Source of the DNA: Octopus bimaculoides
Lineage: Eukaryota
Direction of reading: 5' to 3'
Length of the DNA: 63,845 nucleotides
Assembly (NCBI RefSeq): GCF_001194135.2
Contig: NC_068990.1
Location: 81,597,549 to 81,661,393 of the forward strand
Within the stretch, counting starts at the first letter, position 1. Every line of letters starts with the position of its first letter. This document shows positions 25,966 through 37,853 of this stretch, piece by piece. The translations under genes were made by a program, and so were the position numbers. Under the pieces are notes generated by a model, which did not search any database, was not told the DNA's origin, and was given only the letters and a program-made list of their open reading frames with translations.

Positions 25966-26214
25966 TGGTAATAATGAGAGATTGTTTGACTAAAGGAACT
26001 CTAACTTTGGTTCAATCATGCTGGTTCATTCTACATGATGAATTGTACATGATGAACCTCATCTACAATTCACCATGTAAAAGAGGTTTAGTTTTGATCT
26101 AAATATTGTTCATCGGAATTATTAGCGTTTCACTTAATTTGGGTTTGTGTGTGAATTAAGGGAGATATTTTCAGTTACATATAAACATATTGACCTCTAA
26201 TCAGAATTATTAGA

Positions 26215-26266
<52 letters not shown>

Positions 26267-26850
26267 TGTGTTTTTAAGCTTATTGAAATTTAAAATTTAA
26301 AAGTCAATATTAGGTCAGATGTAGGTCTTTTGGTACAATGTACTTATAGGGTAACCTGATTCTAGTTTCCTTAATCCTCAGTTGCTAATTTAGGAAAGTA
26401 ATTTTCCTGGCTCACCTTATGAGAATGCAAGCATTTAATTCAGTCTAATGAGGATTAGGGTTTAAGTAAACATAAAATTTCAAAATATAATTTAAAGATA
26501 AACCAAAAATAGATATTGTCTTCATGCATACACAAATGTGTACAAAAACACATGAACACACATTCACAGACATGCTCATTCACGCACATGCTCATACATA
26601 CATACACACATACGTACATACATACATATATACATACATGCAAACAAACATATACACAACACACACATATGCCCAGCATTAACTTCATCCAGTAGTCTTA
26701 ATCTTTTAGTTTAGATGGCTCAGGATAACTGCCCCTTCTCGGATTAACTTACATTATATAGATATGTGTATATCTGTATTTATATACACATGCATATATA
26801 TAGGTGTGTGTAGATGTATATATACATATATATATGTATATATATGTATA

Positions 26851-26897
<47 letters not shown>

Positions 26898-26952
26898 NNN
26901 NNNNNNNTATATATATGTATATATATATACATATATGTGTATGTATATATGC

Positions 26953-26990
<38 letters not shown>

Positions 26991-27310
26991 TTTTCTGTGT
27001 ATATATATATAAATATGTAAAAATATATATATAAATGTATATCTCTCTGAATATATGTGTATGTATATATATATGATAATAATGATGTAATGTAATAATA
27101 TAATAATAATAATAAACTTATTGCATATAGTGCCTAGATGCACTGCAACTCATCAGAAATGGTTAAAGAAGGGACAGAACGCAGACACATAAATCAATTA
27201 AAGAAAGACAGCAATTAATGTTAGAATTAGTTCCTAATTAAACATAAAACACATAAAGATAGAACAGTAAATATTTAAAGGGTATATATTTTTGCATATC
27301 TATCTATGTA

Positions 27311-27349
<39 letters not shown>

Positions 27350-27395
27350 GTCTATCTATCCATCTATCTATGTCTATCTATCTATCCATCTATCC

Positions 27396-27441
<46 letters not shown>

Positions 27442-27840
27442 TTATATGCACACACATACACACATATATATTATATACATGTATGAGATATAAATGGAAT
27501 ATAAGGGGTAGAGAGAGACACACAGACAGACACACACACTATACAACATACATGTATGCGTGTTTGCTTTGCAATCTTCAAAGCCTCCTACAGAGTGTAA
27601 TTTGGGTTGACCAATACCATGGAACCTATGTTGGTTGATAGGAAGTATGTGAAAACTCTTCGTACACACATGCATGCTTACTTACGTGCATACATACATG
27701 CATACATGCATGCATACATACATTTCTTTCTGCGTCTTTATAATTGACGCCATTCAATAAAACGGTATCTGTACTTATGTATCTCATGTATCTCGGTAAT
27801 AAATAAAATTTCAAAAATTAGTACTGGTGTTAGAAATATG

Positions 27841-27965
27841 TGGAAGCACAACCAACAACAGAATGTATGAGAAGGGGTAGCAACATCAACTGTAATCCTG
27901 TAGCAATGGAATCAATTGTTTGTTGTTACCCCTTCTCATACATTCTGCTGTTGGTTGTGCTTCCA
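27841..27965. other. Long inverted repeat: 45-bp arms, 35-nt loop
   Basis: 27841-27885 vs 27921-27965, only 2 non-Watson-Crick positions. Confidence 0.95.
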
Positions 27966-28146
27966 ATACGACAAGATAGAAATTTGCAATTTAGGGCTGT
28001 TTGATCCTTGTTCCTGCACTTATAAAATGAGCAAATTACAAAACTCGACAATATGGTTGACCAAGACCCTGCAAGGTGTTCTCTAGCATGGCCACAATGT
28101 AATGACTGATAAAAACATTCTTTTACCCATTTACTTTTTTCTTTCA

Positions 28147-28183
<37 letters not shown>

Positions 28184-28322
28184 NNNNNNNNNNNNNNNNN
28201 NNNNNNNNNNNNNNNNNNNNNNNNNNNNNNNNNNNNNNNNNNNNNNNNNNNNNNNNNNNNNNNNNNNNNNNNNNNNNNNNNNNNNNNNNNNNNNNNNNNN
28301 NNNNNNNNNNNNNNNNNNNNNN

Positions 28323-28636
28323 GTGTCTTCTACTATAGCCTCGGGCCGACCAAAGCCTTGTGAGTAGATTTGGTAGATGGAAACTGAAAGAAGCCTGTCG
28401 TATATATGTATATATATGTATGTGTGTGTATATGTTTGCGTGTCTGTGTTTGTCCCCCCAACATCGCTTGACAACCGATGCTGGTGTGTTTACGTCCCCG
28501 TAACTTAGCGGTTCGGCAAAAGAGACCGATAGAATAAGCACTAGGCTTACAAAGAATAAGTCCTGGGGTCGATTTGCTCGACTAAAAGGTGGTGCTCCAG
28601 CATGGCCACAGTCAAATGACTGAAACAAGTAAAAAG
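28323..28636 (+). mobile_element. Young copy of the same SINE family (head lost in the N gap)
   Basis: High CpG retention; aligns by eye to 8405-8700. Confidence 0.85.
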
Positions 28637-29427
28637 AATGTGTGCATGTGTATACATTTGAGCAGTAAGCTGATTGAACGAAATCTTGGTTCAAGTGGTC
28701 ACGTGTGTAACCCATTTTATCTTATATTTGAAAAGCCTCCCACCAACACACTAACCATTTTACTAAGTGTTGATAGACTATTACACCTGTCTCACTTTGA
28801 AGATGAAATGTATTGGTTTTTATGTGTTTTGAACAAATCTGACCATTTAAAAACCGTTAGAAATCCCTGCAATTAACAACAGGTGTAATTGTAAAAACTT
28901 TCTAAATTTATGGAATGGTACACATGAGAAAATCCTTATTGCTGAGTGAATAAAAAATGCCAATGAATAATCAAAGAACTCAGTTTAGTTCTTCAATAAG
29001 TACACAAATTAAATCTAAGAGAAAGAGAATCTTTAAACCATAAAAAAATATGAAACAAATTCATTGAATGGTAATAGGTTAGGTGTGACAATAAAGAAAA
29101 TTAAATTTTAATGCAAACTGTTGATGGATGTATTAATATGGATGAGACCTGACATTGTTTCTTGCTTGAAAGCTCTTCAGTACCGGATGTCAAACTTGTT
29201 GATACCAATAACAAGACAATGAGCAAATGTTTCTTGGTGTGCTTTATTTATGAAAATCATTGTTCATACAAATAAGTGCTGCCATCCTAGTAAAGTGCTT
29301 ATGAAATGATGCAGCACTATCCATATGGATTACCAAGTCATGCGCTGACTCTGATGCTGGGATTGTAATACCTCCTGTTCCTATATATATTCTGATTACA
29401 ATATGATTGTGGGTCAATAGTGGAGTG

Positions 29428-29700
29428 CTTAAAATTTTTCAGTATTGAACTGTATGTTGTTTTCTCCAACCCATTCGTATGTTGCTTTCAGCTCTTTCTG
29501 TAGTTTTGATCTATCAACAAGGTCCTTTGACTGCTTGTGACACTTTTGTATCATCAGCGCAGCTGGTGAGAGTGGCTGACTGTATGACTGTTGGCGTGTT
29601 TGAGAGCCACCACAAACAACCGTGGTCTCAGTACAGTTCCCTGAAGACTTCACTGAGAGTTGATATCTCCCGAGGGAATGCAGCGTTGTCTGCTACTCTC
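29428..29700 (-). mobile_element. CR1/L2-type LINE RT fragment
   Basis: QGTVLRPRLF...CADDTK (YADD-like), then a frameshift to LQKELKATYEWVGENNIQFNTEKF. Confidence 0.85.
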
Positions 29701-29765
29701 TGACTCTTATCTTTTAAAAAGTCATGAGGAGACTTTGTTGAACACTTTGTCAAGGTTGAGATATA

Positions 29766-29809
<44 letters not shown>

Positions 29810-30012
29810 AGAAGGAAGTTAGCAGAACAAATGTTATTTTAATGAGATACATCTTGTACTCACCTGATCTACACTGACAGATACTCCTAAACCAGTTATT
29901 CAGTATCCTGCCTGTGATGGATCAATTCTAGATGGGTCGAAACAACTGTAGTGATCAATAAACATTCTTGTATCTTTCATTTTTCCATCTGTCCCATTAA
30001 TCAAATACATAC

Positions 30013-30053
<41 letters not shown>

Positions 30054-30054
30054 A

Positions 30055-30400
30055 ATCAGAAGGACAACGTGAATCACGTAGGTAAAGTAAAAGTTAGAGG
30101 TAATACTTGATAATTGTAAGCACCTGTATATGCCAGATCGTGGCCGGGGTGTAAGTATAAATCAAAAATGTAAAAATAAAAACAGAACACAAAGGATTCC
30201 GCGGTACACGTGTTTCAAGCTTTATAGTCGTTGCGTCATTATATTGGTATATAATTGATAGACAGGATGGTATAAAGCTATCTTCAGCCGCAAATATATT
30301 CTTTCCCAAGTATTATATAACAAAGAAGAAGTCACCAAGAGAAAAGTAAAAGAAGGAGAAACACGAGAGATAAGAAGTGGGAGTCCACTTGGTATAGTCC
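30055..30400 (-). mobile_element. Probable Penelope-like element terminal repeat (pLTR) fragment carrying the hammerhead
   Basis: CpG-richer block carrying the CTGAAGA...GAAACACGTGT motif and abutting a (TA)n tract; no RT ORF visible; boundaries approximate. Confidence 0.5.
30198..30294 (-). ncRNA. Minimal type I hammerhead ribozyme motif (Penelope-like-element type)
   Basis: Minus strand: stem I uuugcgg / ccgcgga; CUGAAGA; stem II AGCUUUAUA / UAUAAAGCU (U.U at base, 44-nt loop); GAAA; palindromic stem III ACACGUGU; predicted GUA cleavage between 30205 and 30204. Confidence 0.75.
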
Positions 30401-30452
30401 ATTGTAATATCCATTGTAATATACGTTGTAATATCTTTATCTTTTAAGCTGA

Positions 30453-30483
<31 letters not shown>

Positions 30484-30713
30484 GTATATGTATGTATGTA
30501 TATATCTTTTAAATTTGTTTACGGGAAACGTTTTGAATGTGCAAATAAAGCTCCTATTCCTTTATGCTGGCCACAGTCTAACGATGCTGATTGGTGATCC
30601 AGTTTTTTGACGTTGCATCGAGCTGTACCAACATAATATAGGATAAATCTGGAAATAATAACAATAATTCTTCAATTGAATTTTTAAACATTTAATGTAT
30701 TGCCTTACGCATA

Positions 30714-30944
30714 TTTCCACAAATCATGTCTGTTAAGATCACAGGTCGTATTCCTGGGATGATTACATCCCAGGAATACGAACTGTAGTATCCATGGGCA
30801 TTGGGTAAATCATCTTCATGGATTCATTTCTTCAGGTGATATAACATTAATGGATGTTTGACAGAATGTTGTTAATCCCTTTAGATCCCTTAATCTTCTC
30901 AGGAATACAGACTGTGATATCAAGAGACATGTGATTTGTGGAAA
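30714..30944. mobile_element. Foldback/MITE-like element with about 45-bp imperfect TIRs and an internal palindrome
   Basis: tttccacaaatcatgtct...acaggtcgtattcctggga pairs with tctcaggaatacagactgtg...agacatgtgatttgtggaaa; internal 15-bp palindrome 30747-30780. Confidence 0.7.
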
Positions 30945-31051
30945 CACGTCACGATGCATTAACTGTTTATAAATTCTATCCAAAGATTATTCTCATTATT
31001 ACTATATATATGTATATATAGATAGATAGATATATTTACATATATACATAC

Positions 31052-31090
<39 letters not shown>

Positions 31091-31837
31091 CATATGTATA
31101 TATATATATATATATANNNNNNNNNNNNNNNNNNNNNNNNNNNNNNNNNNNNNNNNNNNNNNNNNNNNNNNNNNNNNNNNNNNNNNNNNNNNNNNNNNNN
31201 NNNNNNNNNNNNNNNNNNNNNNNNNNNNNNNNNNNNNNNNNNNNNNNNNNNNNNNNNNNNNNNNNNNNNNNNNNNNNNNNNNNNNNNNNNNNNNNNNNNN
31301 NNNNNNNNNNNNNNNNNNNNNNNNNNNNNNNNNNNNNNNNNNNNNNNNNNNNNNNNNNNNNNNNNNNNNNNNNNNNNNNNNNNNNNNNNNNNNNNNNNNN
31401 NNNNNNNNNNNNNNNNNNNNNNNNNNNNNNNNNNNNNNNNNNNNNNNNNNNNNNNNNNNNNNNNNNNNNNNNNNNNNNNNNNNNNNNNNNNNNNNNNNNN
31501 NNNNNNNNNNNNNNNNNNNNNNNNNNNNNNNNNNNNNNNNNNNNNNNNNNNNNNNNNNNNNNNNNNNNNNNNNNNNNNNNNNNNNNNNNNNNNNNNNNNN
31601 NNNNNNNNNNNNNNNNNNNNNNNNNNNNNNNNNNNNNNNNNNNNNNNNNNNNNNNNNNNNNNNNNNNNNNNNNNNNNNNNNNNNNNNNNNNNNNNNNNNN
31701 NNNNNNNNNNNNNNNNNNNNNNNNNNNNNNNNNNNNNNNNNNNNNNNNNNNNNNNNNNNNNNNNNNNNNNNNNNNNNNNNNNNNNNNNNNNNNNNNNNNN
31801 NNNNNNNNNNNNNNNNNNNNNNNNNNNNNNNACACAC

Positions 31838-31873
<36 letters not shown>

Positions 31874-34244
31874 CAAGGATAAAAAGAACCCCTTCAGTCA
31901 TGGATGACTATGGGATTGCACCTAGAAAGATCCCCTCCAAGACACACATTTGTTTGTGGAAGACCAGCATATCAGTCTCCCCTCTCCATGCCACTGATGT
32001 TGTCTAAGGGAAAGGCCAATACAGCCTGGCACCAGTGATATCATAACTCACTTTGATAACTGAGTGAATTGGAGCAGTCTAGGAATCAAACTCACAACCT
32101 CATGTTTATAAGCCTGATACTCTAGCCACTGAGCTATGCACCTTCATATATAAATATGTGTGTGTGTGTGTATACATACACATGCACACACACACAGAGT
32201 TCAAAATAAACACAAACCTAAAAAGTTGTTTGGCGGCAATATCTTTCACTAAGTGACATGCAGTATATATCTTCTCCTCTGACACTAGTCCTTACTCTTG
32301 TGGGGGATCAGCCTTGAGCAGAGGAAGGTCTGAACCTGTGATTTGGTACCAAGATTGTCCTAGCCAAAACCTCCACAATGAGAGCCTGTTCTCAAAAGCT
32401 CTCCTTGTGAAGGGGCATAACTCAAAAAAAAAAAAAAAATTAAAGTGTCTTATAGCAAACGTGCAGATGAAGATCTATGAGTTGAAAGCTTTAACTTTTG
32501 GAAGAAAGTAAGCTGAGAAGATACAGCTCAAACAATCCGTTGCAGTTTCATTTCATTCCCTTATCCTTTATGTCCCATTTCAGATGTGCTACAAAGGATT
32601 TCTTCAAGGCCACAATTTGTGGGCCACTTACTGGCAAGAAAAAAAGAAACCTTCACACACACACATACACACTTATGTCCACATCACTCTCTTTCAAAGC
32701 ACTGATGTGTTGGCTTCTTTGTTCTCCTAAGTGTGCAGCCAAATGTTTGCTTACAGCCTTAAAATTGTCTTTCCAGCTCACCCCTACTACCAATCACACC
32801 ACTAAACAAATACCATCAACTACAAATCTTGAACCACCCACCACGCAAAAAAAAATATATATATCAAGCTAACTTGTTGACCCAAACATTTGTTCATGAC
32901 GCTAATATCTTTCTTTCCATCATCTTTAGCTTTATAACTGTCTATATAAACAAGTGCCAATGCGAATGACCTTCAAACATGTATTTGGTGTTAACAGATC
33001 AGAGGGGAGATAAATCTTCCTTATCTCATCTCTCTGGACTAAAAAATTAAAAGCATCGTTTTTGCTGGAATGCTTTTGTTATGGAAGATAGTTTGTAGTG
33101 TAATTATTGATTTATGATGTTGTTATTGTTGGTTTTTTGATCAAAGACATTCCAGCCATGACCATTCTGTCTTATAAGCGTAGTGCATTTAGGACTACTT
33201 AATGCATTAGGTTCCTCCTTTCAAAATATAATAGGATGTGATTTGATGAAAATCTTATTACTGTTTGTAGTCAGTTGAGCGACCACATAAATAACTAAAG
33301 CAGTTTCTTTGTTTTTAATATTACTCTGCCAGTTTATAAATACGGAAGCATGTAATCATAGCTTCATTAGATGTAATGATTATGTGGAAAGTTGTGATTA
33401 TCTAGTTGGCATCCTTACAGATACAGTTTTTAAACTCAAATTACTCTACAACAAGTCTACATATATTTTTACAAATAAAGGTGTATATATTCTCAATACA
33501 TAACTGACTTAAGAGAAAAGACTGTTATAATTGTGTGTTAGTAAACTGGTTTATTTCCTTATTCCTAATGGTTTTATACAACTGGGTCAATATAATTAAA
33601 TAAAATCCTCGAAGGCAGTGTTCCTGTTTTGAAACCAGTAAAAGAATGAAAGAATATACATAGCTTGTAGAATTTCTGTTTCTTATACTTCTTGTATAAT
33701 TGTAATGATTCAGTGGGTATGAATTTCATCATATTTCTTAATATATCAGTATTTTGTATGTTTGTATCTACACTCAATAATATTATTGCTTTGCATTTAA
33801 CTTAAAACTTCTGAAAATGAAATAAAATTTATAAAGAGTCTAAAGAAAGTAACAGTTGACTGCATCAACAAAATTTATGTGTTAATGTCTATAAATGTAG
33901 TTAGGGGTCATGTGCTATGAGAAGAAATGGGAATGCTGATTTTTAAGGGAAACTCTTTGTCAGAGAAATAATTATATTTGTTTTAAAGGATGTTATCATC
34001 TCCAATGAAAAGCATTACTGGAAATATTTGAATTCTCATTTCCCTAGAGCAAACAAACTTTTCTAACCTTATGGCCTGCCAAATCATTAGAAAAATAATT
34101 AAAAGAAAATAGAAACAAGTCAGTGATGAAGGGCCAAACTAACTCAAAACAAATGAACAACAGTGTTTACAAAAAGCTGAGACTGAATAAGGATGAAAAT
34201 CGAATTTAATTCTTTCACTTCTTGGTACAAGGTAGATACCATAT

Positions 34245-34344
34245 CAGTGGTTCCCAACCTGGGGTCTGCAGACATCTAGTGGTCTGCAAAGGTAGTACTG
34301 GGAGGTGGGGGGGGTTTGGGGTCCATGAACTAAATTGAAAATTT

Positions 34345-34384
<40 letters not shown>

Positions 34385-34461
34385 AAGATAAGCTGGGTCC
34401 ATGGGAAAACTCATTTAAATAAAAGAGTTGAGAACCATTGGGAAAAGGTCAGGAACCACTG
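34245..34461. mobile_element. hAT-type MITE (older)
   Basis: TIRs cagtggttcccaacct / aggtcaggaaccactg; flanks taccatat / tagtatat (6/8 match); internal (TA)n. Confidence 0.75.
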
Positions 34462-35612
34462 TAGTATATGATGAAAAAGTATACATATTTTTCACTTATG
34501 CTGTTTAGATTTTCAATAAGAGACAGTATTATATATTAGATAGCTGAAAAACAGATTTAATTATTTAATAGAAGTGAGAAAAGAAGAACAAGTAACTGAT
34601 AAGATAGTAACCAAACCAGGTAACAAATATAAGGTACTACCTGCCAAGAGTTGTTTCTATTTTCCTATCTCAAATTAATGCTGGTAATTCTAATATTACT
34701 TTATTTGTTTGCAAATCAAATATTGGGTATTAATCAATGTAAAGGCGTTCTTTTTGTTATTTGTTAAAATGAGTTATTTCAAATTTCAATAAATTCAATT
34801 TAATCTATATGAAATTATTTTTCTCTCTTAGAATTTCAAACAATTCTTTTTTTTACCCAAAAGAATGTCATTAGTTATAGGTTTCAGTCAGTACCCATAT
34901 ATTTAGTATCGAATGTATACCACTTTCTTTATTAAAATTGACAATCTTCTTTAATCTGTTCGGTTTTAATTTTCTATTTAAATATTTTTTTAAATTTTGA
35001 TATAATACTTTTTTTGAAGTAAAATTCGAAATTAATTATAAGGGAAATAACTCTAACATTAAGCTGATTATTTCCCTTGAACTATATCTCTATATTCAAA
35101 TCATATTTTCTATATTTAAAAATGTATTGTATTCTATCTGTCCTCCATTTAAGACGTATCTGGTATTTCATAACATTACGCTTTTAACTCTATGATTAAT
35201 AAGATTTATATATAGAAGGGTTTTTAAATCGAGACGTTATTTCAGTTAAAACAAATCTTCAATTATCATGTAAATCTTAAAATTATGCTTCATTTACTTA
35301 AGGATCTTTTTTCAATTTATTTGATTTTTTTTCAAATTAATTCTTCACTTTATTGTAATGTATAGATACTATATAACACATCCAAATAATATATCAAATC
35401 TTTGCTATTACATTAGATCACTGAACTGTATTTGTTACTTCACTAAACATTACCTTAGCCATTGAAATGAAAGCAAATAAAATTATCATGTTGTCACTAT
35501 CTTATTATCATTGTCAGTTCTTCCATGTTACTGAAAACTAGGTTTTGGGATTGCATGTATGATATTCTTGGTAAATGAAGTCTGTTAATTCTTTCTTTTG
35601 TTTTCTTATCAG

Positions 35613-35655
35613 TGAAAGACGTAGGCATCAGTGAGAAGAATGGTGATAAACTGAT
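35613..35655 (+). CDS. Candidate 43-nt internal exon (L-KDVGISEKNGDKL-, phase 1 to 2)
   Basis: Very strong acceptor ttctttcttttgttttcttatcAG, donor AT|gtatgt; open frame; phase compatible with exon B. Confidence 0.55.
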
Positions 35656-36742
35656 GTATGTTTAGCAAAACTACTTTGTGACGTTATTCTATTCAAGCTG
35701 TCAAGACATACCCTTGTTCTTCTCACTACTGCAAATGCACTAAGCCAGTGATTACCTGTTGGAAATCTATGACCCACAATACAATTATTCACTATCACAC
35801 ATGATTTTTTAAAAAATAGCATTCTTAATCTTTTTATAATTTGTTTTATTGTAATTATTTTTGTTAAACCTGATATAAATATGATTCTTACCATGTGTTG
35901 GTATTTGTACACATAAATTCTATATTTTTGTAATTATCTGACTTTTATATTTGGTACACTGGTTTTGCAAGTAACTTTGTATGAAGTCCTGTACTGAAAC
36001 TGAATTAAGTTATTTAAACTATTACCACAAAACAATAATCATTATGATAATGCAAGTGAATGATATATCAGTAATGTTTGTCATAAACGGCTTATATCTC
36101 TCATCCAGATTCTGTCTTTTATTGAGTACAAGTAAAGCTTCAACACTAAAATATTTTATGTCTCCAAAATCCACTCTATTTTAAATTGCAGTATAATAAA
36201 TTAAATATTCCATAGTGCTGTTCTTTCTTATCTATTCTTTCATCTAGAACATGGATTTTATTTCATATTTAAAGTACATCCAATGACTTTGATCTGGTAC
36301 CATGCTTTCACCAGTTGCTTTAAGTGCTTGTGTAATCATGAGTGGACATAGATGTTCTCTTTCCCACTCCTCTCACTCTTGATCCAGTAAAACATCCAGA
36401 ATGTAGCAGCAAGAAGGAGAGAGGGCTGCAGCAGCATCCGAATGGTACTCATTACAGATGAGTTGAGTAGAACAAAAATGAAGTGCCTTCCTTAAGGACA
36501 CAATGCACCACCTGATCCGAGAATTAAAACCCAAAACATGATCATGAGCTGAACACCTTAACCACTAGACTGCGCACCTTCATTAGTTACTTACACAATT
36601 TTACACAAAGTAAATAAAATTATAAAGAAAGACACTAGCTTAAAAAATCATTCGTTTCAAAATTCACCAATATGTGTTGAAATCATTCTAGATTTTGTTG
36701 TTGATGTTGTTGTTCCGGGCAAACCACCCTGTCTCTTTAAGG

Positions 36743-36991
36743 CAGGGGTTTTCAAACTTTTTGACTTGCGGACTCCTTTATATTTCAGGCTTATGAAATT
36801 TATACATAAATATTTGCTTAAAATAACATATATTTTTACATTTATTTATTTAACAGTATTTAACAAATAGGTTTATTGTCAATTAAAAGATTTCGATTAA
36901 AAAACATATATAAAATCAAATTGCACATAAAAAGTATTTGCTGTCCACGGACCCCCTGTCTTGTCCTCGGACCACAGTTTGAAAACCCCTG
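36743..36991. mobile_element. hAT-type MITE with a perfect 8-bp TSD
   Basis: TIRs CAGGGGTTTTCAAAC / GTTTGAAAACCCCTG; TSD CTTTAAGG at 36735-36742 and 36992-36999. Confidence 0.95.
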
Positions 36992-37779
36992 CTTTAAGGA
37001 ATACCTAGGATTACATTATTATACGTGTTCTGGAGTTGTTTTAAGATGGCTGAGTGTTAGTTGAGGAGAGTTTAGTTGTCATTTCCAGCAGGTTGACCAA
37101 CCATGTAGCAGCTCCTTCAGTGGTTTTATCATTCTAGTTTTTTTATTTTAAAGTGGAAAATCAACATAATTTTTATAATTTTGAAATATATGTTACTGCA
37201 TAATTAAAAGATGAGTTGCTCAATTACATCTTTGGATAGCTTTATTTGTTGTTGTTATTGTTATTAATATTTATTTCCAAGTCAGTTCTAATTCAACAAA
37301 TTTACGATTAAAACTATACAACCCATCATCATTTTCCTTTCCTAGACATAGTGTATCTAAGTCTAAATTATATGCTGTCTCTGCAATTTTTGGAGGTAGA
37401 TTTAGCTTCTGTAACTAACAGTCTCCTTTATTAATGTTTGTAATCGCAGCTTTAATTTGCTATCATTGGTAAAAAAGCCCCCAAAAACTCACTCTAAACT
37501 CTCTTTTAAATTAGGCATTACAAGTTAATATTCTCAATGTCATGTTACATATTTAAATAACCTTAACATTAATCAGCTAAGTTTGATGTCCTTTTTAATA
37601 TCTTGTTCCATATTTTGCATTTTTCAGCTTTACCATTTATACTTAAATTCTGCTACTTCCAATCTTTGTGATTTAGTATGTGATCAACAAGTTAGTAGAT
37701 TTTAAACGTTCATTTTTACTCTAAAATGCTTATAGCCATCTAATAACAAGCAAATATAAATCATAGTAACAAACATAGA

Positions 37780-37853
<74 letters not shown>

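Noticed and set aside
29130-29186. Minus-strand CUGAAGA-GCUU UC AAGC-AA-GAAA-CAAUG-UC hammerhead-like string
   Set aside because: Two extra nucleotides before GAAA, a 2-nt loop II and no stem I pairing; likely chance.
32455-32630. Exon-like segments on both strands
   Set aside because: Competing weak splice sites (including a GC donor) in both orientations; no frame clearly preferred.
35613-35730. miR-71-like text (TGAAAGAC...AGTGAGA) with a downstream TTCTTCTCACT complement
   Set aside because: The middle differs and is 3 nt longer than miR-71, the seed end has no pairing partner, and the arms are about 76 nt apart; better explained as a spliced exon.
35628-35912. 94-aa minus-strand ORF
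   Set aside because: No recognisable domain, N-terminal half is low-complexity AT-rich, and it overlaps a better-supported + strand exon.
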